Shown here piece after piece: positions 14,679 to 21,756 of a stretch of 39,720 bases of DNA. Origin of the DNA: a virus. Both the position numbers and the translations under genes were made by a program. The stretch covers positions 1-39,720 of IMG/VR virus record IMGVR_UViG_3300030397_000422, one strand, 5' to 3'. Each line of letters begins with the position of its first letter. The stretch's first letter is position 1. The notes below the pieces were generated by a model. The model was not told the DNA's origin, did not search any database, and saw only the letters and a program-made list of their open reading frames with translations.

Positions 14679-16190
14679 TCACAGTGAGTTGAATAGGTCT
14701 TCCAATGAGCTGGGCATCTCTTCAACGGGCTCAGGGCTCGCTGCAGTGAATTGCTCAGGTGCTGGGATATCTGCAGCCTCTGGCGCTGGCTCGCGGTGCT
14801 GGGCCTCGCTAGGGGCATCGATCACCAGCATTACAGTGTGCACGTTGGTGCCTGATTTCTTGAACGCGCCTGCTGGGATCGCTTCCACAGTGTGATCAAA
14901 CTGCTGCAGCCATTCGCGGAACTCACGTGATTTGGCATTGTCGCGGGTCTGCCAGCTGGGGCTCATAATGGCCACCAATCGGCCCAGCTCACCCAAAAAG
15001 CCGAATGCGTGGCGCACGTGGTCGATATCCTGCTGATTCTCGAATGGAGGATTCATTATCACGCGATCAACGTCACCAGACTGGCCAAGGGTGAGGAAAT
15101 CACAGCACACCACTTGATGGCCCTTTTTGTGTGAGATATCAGCCAAGGTGCTGTTAATCTCCACTCCAGTGGCCTTGACGCCTGCCAGTGCTTGAATGGC
15201 GTCGAGTAGTTCACCCTCTCCACAGCTGGGCTCTAGCACTTCCATGCCTGCCCAAATGTCGGCCGCGTCAATCATGCGGTGCTGCAACTCTTTGTTTTTA
15301 GTGGCGAAATGGCCGGGAATGTCAGTGAATTGTAGGTGTTCGACTTCGCGCTGTAGCTCTTCAGCCTGCTTTTGCTCTTCGCTCTTAGGCTTGAGCAGTG
15401 CCCAGAGTGCGAGCGTTTTGGGATCATCTAGGCGGGGTTCACCATTGCCCACGGGGTAGCTGTGAAAGCCATTCTGGGCGTGGGTGCTCTTCTCTCCCAT
15501 GCGCTCATAGATTGCCTTTTTAGTGTTGAATCCAGCTATTAGCGGGTCTGGCGTGCCTGATTCCCACTGATCCGCAAGCACTCGCATTACCTGCTGAGTG
15601 CGCTGCAGTCTCTCACCCTCAAACCGCGCTGACATAGCCTGACCGAGGCGCTTGGCTGTATTGGTCTGGCGATCGGCGAATTTATCATCTATCTGGGCCT
15701 GCAGGTTATCAGCCAGGGTGCGCAGTTTGTCGGCGGTGCGACTTTTAATCTGGGCCTCGCGCTCGCTGCTGGTGTTTTGCTCATAGGCTTGAGCTACCAC
15801 CCGGCCCGCGCTGTCGGTCATATCGTTTTCGGGTGCTCTAACTATTACTGATTCGCTCAGATCGCCAAACTTGCTGAGTGTCTCTTCAGCTGTGATTGGC
15901 TTAGCCTCGGCCGCAGTAGTCTCTGGCTTGGCTTTCCAGTCGATCAGGTCGCAATTGAATACAGAAAAGCCCTTGCGGCGCTTGCCGCCCTTCTCAGGCT
16001 CGACAATCACACGGAATAGGCGAATGCCCTTTCCCTTGGCTGGCTGGTTAAATGCTCCGCCATTGTCGGCCATCTGTCGGAATGTGACCCAGCAGCCTGC
16101 GCTGTAGCCGTTTTCCTCTAGTGCCTGCTGCAGTGCAGCCTCATTGCTGCCCGTGTATTGGGCCTTGCTGATTGGATTAAAATGTATCAT
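14679..16190 (-). CDS. ArdC-N (DUF1738) ssDNA-binding domain fused to N6-adenine DNA methyltransferase (503 aa)
   Basis: ORF-track 14679..16253 trimmed to ATG 16190 (MIHFNPISKAQYTGSNEAAL...) with GGAGA upstream. N-terminus YTGSNEAALQQALEENGYSAGCWVTFRQMADNGGAFNQPAKGKGIRLF is the ArdC N-domain pattern. The C-terminus carries VLEPSCGEGELL (motif I) and IMNPPF (motif IV). A long helical linker lies between them. Confidence 0.85.
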   Translation of the reverse strand: MIHFNPISKAQYTGSNEAALQQALEENGYSAGCWVTFRQMADNGGAFNQPAKGKGIRLFRVIVEPEKGGKRRKGFSVFNCDLIDWKAKPETTAAEAKPITAEETLSKFGDLSESVIVRAPENDMTDSAGRVVAQAYEQNTSSEREAQIKSRTADKLRTLADNLQAQIDDKFADRQTNTAKRLGQAMSARFEGERLQRTQQVMRVLADQWESGTPDPLIAGFNTKKAIYERMGEKSTHAQNGFHSYPVGNGEPRLDDPKTLALWALLKPKSEEQKQAEELQREVEHLQFTDIPGHFATKNKELQHRMIDAADIWAGMEVLEPSCGEGELLDAIQALAGVKATGVEINSTLADISHKKGHQVVCCDFLTLGQSGDVDRVIMNPPFENQQDIDHVRHAFGFLGELGRLVAIMSPSWQTRDNAKSREFREWLQQFDHTVEAIPAGAFKKSGTNVHTVMLVIDAPSEAQHREPAPEAADIPAPEQFTAASPEPVEEMPSSLEDLFNSL

Positions 16191-16221
16191 CTGTATATCT
16201 CCAGTTGTTTGAAGTTTTGAT

Positions 16222-17241
16222 TTAGCAGGTGCGCGAGTCGCAAGCATTGCCACCCTGGCCCTGCAATTCCTTAGCGCGTTTCAGGCAGTGCGCCCGATCC
16301 GCTATAAATTCGCCAGTTTCCCACGCCACTATTCCTTCCTCACGGGCCCAGCGATTCCAGCTCAATTTACGGCCCAGCCCCACGGTGCAGCTAGTGCTTG
16401 GCCATTGTTTCGATGGCGTGTTGACTATCTCAAGCCAGTCCTCGCCATAGTTACACTCTTCCTTATCCCAGCGGGAATGCTTGCCCAGCATGGCCGTATG
16501 CTCCATTTTGAGCGCTTCTAGGAATAAGTCGGGATGCGTGCCAGCCAGCCAAAACAATTCCCATTTTTGGGAAGCTGGGCAGAAATAGCAGGCTGATTTT
16601 ACCGGGACCGGCAGCCCTTCAGCTTCGATCCTGGCTACACACTCAGGCCGCGCCCAGCCCAGTGACTGCAGCGGGTAGCGGTATAAAAAATCGTTGTCTT
16701 CGGTCTTGACCTTGCTGGATCGGCGAATATCTGCCTTGCCGTTATCGTAGCCGATCAGCTTAATGATTTTGCGGCCGGTGCTCTGGGCTTCCAGCCATAG
16801 CGGGTGCGGCTCGCACTGATTAGGGCCCTTTGTGACGCCCTTTAGCAGATTATCCTGTGGGCCTTGCTTCCACTTGATCGAGCACGATTTCATGCCGAAT
16901 GCGAGGCTTGGCAGGGTCTCATTATGGGTGCAGTTGCCGCCTAAATCATTGTAGGGCGTGGTGGGGAGCGTGGCTTTCTTGCACACCTGGACCAGTGGCC
17001 AGCCCTTGATGGCTAGCCAGTGATTGAGAATCCAGCGGTATTGCAGGGTCTCTGGCTTTTCCCCGCCAGTATCGGCGAAGGTGATCAGGTCCGGCTTAAT
17101 GCCGTGATCGTGCAGGGCCAGCAGCATTGCGGTGCTATCGACGCCCAGCCCGGCGCATACGTTGATGCGGTGGCCGACAGCCTGCAGCGCTTTCAGCTCT
17201 TCCAGTGGTCCTATCTGCCTTGCTTGAATTGCTTGGGTCAT
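16222..17241 (-). CDS. PAPS-reductase / DndC-like ATP-pyrophosphatase superfamily protein (339 aa)
   Basis: VCAGLGVDSTAMLL (variant of the SGGxDS PP-loop), FADTGGEKPETLQY, SCSIKWKQGP and KSACYFCP follow the PAPS_reduct family order. It is the first gene of the leftward island. Confidence 0.75.
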   Translation of the reverse strand: MTQAIQARQIGPLEELKALQAVGHRINVCAGLGVDSTAMLLALHDHGIKPDLITFADTGGEKPETLQYRWILNHWLAIKGWPLVQVCKKATLPTTPYNDLGGNCTHNETLPSLAFGMKSCSIKWKQGPQDNLLKGVTKGPNQCEPHPLWLEAQSTGRKIIKLIGYDNGKADIRRSSKVKTEDNDFLYRYPLQSLGWARPECVARIEAEGLPVPVKSACYFCPASQKWELFWLAGTHPDLFLEALKMEHTAMLGKHSRWDKEECNYGEDWLEIVNTPSKQWPSTSCTVGLGRKLSWNRWAREEGIVAWETGEFIADRAHCLKRAKELQGQGGNACDSRTC

Positions 17242-17286
17242 ATTGTGGTTTCCCTTTGGTTAATCCCGTGTTTTGTGGATTGGGGT

Positions 17287-17317
17287 AGTATAGCGCTGTA
17301 TGTACACCCATTGCCAA
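17287..17317 (-). promoter_or_regulatory. Candidate leftward promoter of the island
   Basis: Minus-strand read: TTGGCA (17317..17312), 19-nt spacer, TATACT (17292..17287), about 45 nt upstream of ATG 17241. The spacer is long, so the match is weak. Confidence 0.3.
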
Positions 17318-17361
17318 GTATTTCGGCAGAATAATCCACATAATGAAGGACTAATTCGCAG

Positions 17362-17409
17362 CCACTATATGTAGTGGTATTGGCAAAGCTGATCTACATT
17401 ATGTAGTAT
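17362..17409 (+). promoter_or_regulatory. Two palindromes plus candidate rightward (late) promoter
   Basis: CCACTA-tatg-TAGTGG (17362..17377) and CTACAT-t-ATGTAG (17394..17406) share the ATGTAG half-site. TTGGCA (17380..17385), 18 nt, TAGTAT (17404..17409); the second palindrome covers the spacer and -10. Confidence 0.35.
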
Positions 17410-17470
17410 TCGCTCATTAGACGGATTCACGCGCAGCCCAGAGAGGGCGCAGCATTACCTTGATCACCCT

Positions 17471-17974
17471 ATGAGCAGAGCAACCGAATATACAGAGGGA
17501 CGCGCAGAGCGCATTCTGGAGCAGGTCCGAGCAGGTGTTACCACAAGGGGCCTAGTCGCGGCAGAGTTAATATCCGATCCCTCTATCATCTATGCATGGC
17601 TTCACCAGTTCCCAGACTTCCTCAAGCAATACAAAGAAGCACAAGAAATCAGCGCTTACGCCCATGAAAATCAGATGGCTGAGGTGATTGAGGACACGCT
17701 ATCGGGTGAGCTTGATCCGGCTGCAGCCCGCGTAGTACTTGGGGGTTTGAAGCATGTCGCTAGTGTGAAGCACCCACGTAGGCACAATGAGAAGCTGATA
17801 GTGGCTGGCGCTGGTGAGGTTGAACGCACAATCATTATAAATCAGCTGTTGCCTGATGTTCCACGTGAAACAATCGAGGGAAATGCTAAGCAAATCAATG
17901 AGTTAGCATCTGTGGAGCCTGTGAAACTGCTACCCCCTCCCCCCAAGCCAGGAACGGAGTCCCAGAAGGCTTAG
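17471..17974 (+). CDS. terS: Terminase small subunit (167 aa)
   Basis: HTH-like N-terminus, then PSIIYAWLHQFPDFLKQYKEAQEISAYAHENQMAEVIED...KHVASVKHPRRH, the pattern of the gpP-like/Terminase_5-type small subunits. First gene of the morphogenesis operon. Confidence 0.65.
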   Translation: MSRATEYTEGRAERILEQVRAGVTTRGLVAAELISDPSIIYAWLHQFPDFLKQYKEAQEISAYAHENQMAEVIEDTLSGELDPAAARVVLGGLKHVASVKHPRRHNEKLIVAGAGEVERTIIINQLLPDVPRETIEGNAKQINELASVEPVKLLPPPPKPGTESQKA

Positions 17975-18088
17975 TAGCACCTCCCCTACCATTCTTCCCC
18001 CTCAAATCTGGTACCGCCCTCTCATTCTGTACGATAGTGGTACAAATTGATTGAAAATGATCGATAATGGGTTATTATATCGATCGAA

Positions 18089-18265
18089 ATGACCGGACAG
18101 ACTGCATCAAAGATGGCTAAGACGCATGGGTTTAGGACTCTGGCCGAGGTTTCACGGATTAGTACGGTTAGTCGTGGAACATTGACTCGTTGGAGTATTG
18201 AGAAGCCGGTATTGTTTCTCACTGTGCTGGAAGGGGCTAAGGTGATGCGGGATAGGACGGCTTAA
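18089..18265 (+). CDS. Unlisted small HTH protein (58 aa, AlpA/excisionase-like pattern)
   Basis: Hand translation: MTGQTASKMAKTHGFRTLAEVSRISTVSRGTLTRWSIEKPVLFLTVLEGAKVMRDRTA. TLAEVSRISTVSRGTLTRW is a clear HTH. No obvious SD, and an alternative ATG lies at 18113. Preferred over the antisense ORF 18022..18222. Confidence 0.45.
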   Translation: MTGQTASKMAKTHGFRTLAEVSRISTVSRGTLTRWSIEKPVLFLTVLEGAKVMRDRTA

Positions 18266-18321
18266 TAGGGCAGGATGGGCGTAAATGCTCTGGGTGGTTA
18301 AACGCCACCCCATGCCCGGCC

Positions 18322-18348
18322 AAAAAAAATCGAACCCGCTTCGCGGGT
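18322..18348 (-). terminator. Hairpin with U-tract on the minus strand (orientation puzzling)
   Basis: Plus strand: AAAAAAAA-tcga-ACCCGC-ttc-GCGGGT. On the minus strand this reads ACCCGC-gaa-GCGGGT-tcga-TTTTTTTT. There is no U-tract on the plus strand. Confidence 0.4.
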
Positions 18349-18372
18349 GTTACCAATGACAGGAGAATGATT

Positions 18373-18696
18373 ATGGCTGGAGACGGCACAAGATTAGACG
18401 CGGGAATAGCTTCACAGGGCGCATTAGCACCTAATAATACTGGGAACGCACAGGAAGAGCTGCATGTTCAGCTTGATCGAGGAATTAATCGATTATCGGA
18501 GATTGAGACTCGATTGGATGATTTGAGGAATCGTATTGACCCCTCACCACGGGATCAGGATTCGCCAGAGAAGGCGTGTAGAGAGGTTCCCAGCTTACGG
18601 GATTTGATGGTGTATGGCCCAGAGCGGATTGAACACTCTATTCGCCGGATGCACGAGCAGATTAATGAGCTCCAGCAGCTTATTTTTAACAAATGA
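18373..18696 (+). CDS. Hypothetical protein (107 aa)
   Basis: AGGAG at 18361..18365 sits 7 nt before ATG 18373 (the ORF-track start 18367 is adjacent to the SD). Coiled-coil-like segments. Confidence 0.7.
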   Translation: MAGDGTRLDAGIASQGALAPNNTGNAQEELHVQLDRGINRLSEIETRLDDLRNRIDPSPRDQDSPEKACREVPSLRDLMVYGPERIEHSIRRMHEQINELQQLIFNK

Positions 18697-19025
18697 CACC
18701 GCTTATTCGCCGCATTTTTGATGCTGGCTGTGAAGATCAGGAATTTATTGATGAGCTCAGAGAATCAGACCCATTGGGCTACGTCTATGGCCGTGAAACA
18801 TTGCAGGTTGAGAAAGCGGCTGCAGCTGCTCTGTATCGTGGCTATTTCCTGGCTAAGTATGGCGCCCGGGCTTTTCGACTAAAGTTTCTGGCGCCTTATC
18901 CTGAATACCAGGATGAAATGCCGAAAATGAGCGTGGAACAAGCCGGTGCTAATTTGCTGGCTAACAATACCGCTGGAGGCAAGGCCCTAGCAGCCAAAAA
19001 AGGCTTTAAACTCGAGGAAAAATGA
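18693..19025 (+). CDS. Hypothetical protein (110 aa)
   Basis: ATGA overlap with the previous gene. No domain recognised. Confidence 0.7.
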   Translation: MTPLIRRIFDAGCEDQEFIDELRESDPLGYVYGRETLQVEKAAAAALYRGYFLAKYGARAFRLKFLAPYPEYQDEMPKMSVEQAGANLLANNTAGGKALAAKKGFKLEEK

Positions 19026-19109
19026 AACCGACTTATCGCTACAATTGGACACTCGGCTGCTGGTTGCCACGTGCAGCCACATTCGATGAATTGATGAGTT
19101 GGGGCGGAG

Positions 19110-19487
19110 TTGCCGGATTTATTATTGAAAAACGCAGATGTATGGGACTCTGCGTATTTACTGATGTACCACGTGGAACTTAGAAAGATGAATATGCTTA
19201 CTGAAGACCAAATCGCAAAATGTATCGTCCTGGCCATGGGTGGCCGTGATGGGGTGGTGTATTGCGCTGACAGACGCCATGCAGAGAAGCGTTTTACTCA
19301 ATTCTGCCAGTTACTGGTGGATATGGGTGAGCGTGGCCGGTGTTTAAAGGACTTCAACGAGCTCACGATCGATTTCAACCCGGGATCCATTCATTTCAGG
19401 ATTACCAGCGCTAATTGCCCGGTCCTCGATTTCTCCGCTGTAGATCAAATGCCACGGCCTGATAACGTGGTAGCGCTCGCATGGTAG
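19110..19487 (+). CDS. Hypothetical protein (125 aa from TTG; 99 aa if ATG 19188)
   Basis: The ORF-track start is TTG 19110. An in-frame ATG at 19188 (MNMLTEDQ...) is the conservative start. A competing 53-aa ORF 19022..19183 in another frame is coupled (ATGA) to the previous gene. Confidence 0.55.
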   Translation: MPDLLLKNADVWDSAYLLMYHVELRKMNMLTEDQIAKCIVLAMGGRDGVVYCADRRHAEKRFTQFCQLLVDMGERGRCLKDFNELTIDFNPGSIHFRITSANCPVLDFSAVDQMPRPDNVVALAW

Positions 19488-19855
19488 TCACCCGCAGAAA
19501 ATTCCTCAGCCTTATTGGCCTGGGTGTCGGGACAGCATTTACTCCCCGTGATGCTCTCCCGGCACCTGGGTCATCTTTTTTGTTTGAGCGAATTCCGCAC
19601 CGAAACGCCACAAAAGTGACCGATCCAGCCAGTGGCGCAGTCACTGCCATTACTGATTACGAATGGCGGCAAAATGCGACTCCCGTAATTCAGGGTGAAA
19701 TTCCCCCCAGAATTGTTAATCTAGCCAAAGCCCGAATTGAGAATGCAATCGAATGTCTGAAGAAGAGCATCGAGCAAGATTTATCAGCCGCTGTAGAGCA
19801 ATCGTTATTCACGGATGGCTCCTTAGAAATCGCGCCGAAATCAGACGAGAACTAG
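19481..19855 (+). CDS. Protein with twin-arginine (Tat) signal peptide (124 aa)
   Basis: N-terminus MVVTRRKFLSLIGLGVGTAF matches S/T-R-R-x-F-L-K plus a hydrophobic h-region. The start overlaps the previous stop (ATGGTAG). Confidence 0.7.
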   Translation: MVVTRRKFLSLIGLGVGTAFTPRDALPAPGSSFLFERIPHRNATKVTDPASGAVTAITDYEWRQNATPVIQGEIPPRIVNLAKARIENAIECLKKSIEQDLSAAVEQSLFTDGSLEIAPKSDEN

Positions 19856-19873
19856 GCAAAAGACTGAGAAAGT

Positions 19874-21397
19874 ATGGCGGCCGCGGTTCAGTATGACATT
19901 CCCGCCCATGGCTGGACCCCCCGTTGGTACCAAGAAGATGCCTGGCACTATATGCAGGCAGGCCGCGGTATCGATGAGAACGGGCAAGGCATTCCAGGCC
20001 GAAATACCGACATAATCGCCCACCGCCGCTGGGGCAAAGACGATATTTGCCTCCACCACGCATCGGTTCAGACATTTTTACGTCCCGGCACCTACTGGCA
20101 CATGCTCCCAATGGCCAATCAGGTGCGCAAAGCCATCTGGCAAGCCATCAACCCCCATACCGGCCGCCGCCGTATCGAAGACGCATTCCCTGAGAAGTAT
20201 TTTCAGTACAAAGAACACGAAATGATGGTGATCAACCGGGAAACCGGCTCCACCTGGCAGTGTCTTGGCTCTGATAACTTCGGCGGTTCCATCGGTTCAC
20301 CCCCTGTTGGCCTCGTATTCTCGGAATGGGCACTCGCTAACCCCTATGCACTCGGCTACCTACGCCCAATTTTGGCGGAAAACCAGGGCTGGCAGGTGAA
20401 AATCTCCACCCCACGGGGCAAAAACCATGCCTACGCCTCCAATCAGAACGCAATCCAGCGTATGAACGATGGTCAGGACAGTTTTGGCATGATTCAAGAC
20501 GTGGCCTACACCCAAATGATCGATCCAGAGGAATTGATCAATATATTAGTGGAGTACAAGGACCTTTATGGCGAGGAAAACGGCCTAGCGCTGTATTTGC
20601 AGGAATTTGACTGCGATTTTGAGGCCGCACTCATCGGTACTTACTACTCCAGTCAGTTCAAAGAGATTGACCGCTCCGGCCGCATTAGAAAGGTGCCCTG
20701 GGACCCCCAATGGCCCGTCCATATCGCCATGGATATTGGCCGAACTGACGCCACCGCCATCTGGTTTTGGCAAAATGTCCACGGAGTCCCGAAAGTCATT
20801 GATTTTTGGGCAGAATCCTACAGAGACCCTGATTATGTTGCTTCACAGATTCTTGGCTACAACGTATCTATTAACATTGTTGGCGATCCCCATACCCAAA
20901 AGCGCTGGATTGAGGTGGACCGCTCCACCGTACCAGTTATTGGCGCCACCCACCGTCAGGATTGGGATATCGGATCGATCTGGCTCCCTCACGATGGGGC
21001 TGCGAAGACGTTTGCGGCCAAGGGTAAGTCAGTGCAGGAGCAGCTGGCCGCTGTATTCGGCTGGGACAAGCTACATATCGTGCCGAACCTCTCCCTTCAG
21101 GATGGCATTCAGGCTACTCGCCAGTTCCTGAAAATTTGTGAAATCGATGAGGGTGTCGATACAGAGGGAATGCGCCAATACCGGCGTGAGTGGTCAATGG
21201 AGCTCAAACGCTTCAAAGATCACCCACTACATGACTGGTGCAGTGACCATGCCGATGGATTTCGCTATATGTCTATTGCAAATCGGCATGATACAATCCC
21301 GCGTGATCCCGATAAGGCAAAGTTCCCTATCGATAGGAATTTCCAAGAGCTGGTCAAGGCCAACACTCGCAAACGCAAACGTAGAGAGGCAGCCTAA
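19874..21397 (+). CDS. terL: Terminase large subunit (507 aa)
   Basis: Walker-A-like AHRRWGKDD, Walker-B-like GLVFSEWA, RNaseH-like nuclease motifs IAMDIGRTDATAIWFW and HDWCSDHADGFRYM. Confidence 0.9.
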   Translation: MAAAVQYDIPAHGWTPRWYQEDAWHYMQAGRGIDENGQGIPGRNTDIIAHRRWGKDDICLHHASVQTFLRPGTYWHMLPMANQVRKAIWQAINPHTGRRRIEDAFPEKYFQYKEHEMMVINRETGSTWQCLGSDNFGGSIGSPPVGLVFSEWALANPYALGYLRPILAENQGWQVKISTPRGKNHAYASNQNAIQRMNDGQDSFGMIQDVAYTQMIDPEELINILVEYKDLYGEENGLALYLQEFDCDFEAALIGTYYSSQFKEIDRSGRIRKVPWDPQWPVHIAMDIGRTDATAIWFWQNVHGVPKVIDFWAESYRDPDYVASQILGYNVSINIVGDPHTQKRWIEVDRSTVPVIGATHRQDWDIGSIWLPHDGAAKTFAAKGKSVQEQLAAVFGWDKLHIVPNLSLQDGIQATRQFLKICEIDEGVDTEGMRQYRREWSMELKRFKDHPLHDWCSDHADGFRYMSIANRHDTIPRDPDKAKFPIDRNFQELVKANTRKRKRREAA

Positions 21398-21726
21398 TGA
21401 GCGGCAATAATGTCAATATCCTTGCAGGTCGGCTAAAAGCAGTAGTCGATCTTTCTACTGATTCCACCACTGTCTACACCGGCGCGGGCCGACTCATCGG
21501 CTTAGTCTGCGCTAACGATATCTCCGCACATGATGTGCTTGTAAACGATAATGCCACCCTAATGGCAGGTGTTGCGGCCAGCTCCCCAGCTGGTACCTCA
21601 ATTGACTGCTTTGGCATGCCATTCAGCACGTCTTTGGTGGTGGATCCCGATAATTTAGCCACGGGCACGCTCACAGTAATTTTTGAGCCTGACCACGATG
21701 GCCAAGCAGGCGATGGAGCTAACTAG
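21397..21726 (+). CDS. Small hypothetical protein, paralogue A (109 aa)
   Basis: TAATG coupling to terL. Shares VxDxST...SAHxV...D...ASSxxG...FG..F...L......TGxxxVxF with the next gene. Confidence 0.7.
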   Translation: MSGNNVNILAGRLKAVVDLSTDSTTVYTGAGRLIGLVCANDISAHDVLVNDNATLMAGVAASSPAGTSIDCFGMPFSTSLVVDPDNLATGTLTVIFEPDHDGQAGDGAN

Positions 21727-21756
21727 GGTCTAAATAGACTCTAATTAGATACTTTT

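Noticed and set aside
13469-16253. Long N-terminal extensions of the DUF932 (to 14818) and ArdC-MTase (to 16253) ORFs
   Set aside because: The DUF932 extension would overlap the upstream gene by 140 nt and read through the conserved hairpin; the ArdC-MTase extension would read through its duplicated initiation block (16207..16188). The internal ATGs have SD sequences and begin exactly where domain homology starts.
18022-18222. Minus-strand 66-aa ORF from the ORF track
   Set aside because: The opposite strand encodes a clean helix-turn-helix protein in the same interval. The minus ORF has no SD and an implausible sequence.
19022-19183. 53-aa Trp/Cys-rich ORF coupled (ATGA) to the previous gene
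   Set aside because: It competes with the 5-prime extension of ORF 19110..19487 and its composition looks unnatural. It cannot be fully excluded because of the coupling, so it is mentioned under that feature.
20607-21131. 174-aa ORF in an alternative frame inside terL
   Set aside because: The terL frame carries Walker and nuclease motifs throughout. The alternative frame has no start context or motifs.
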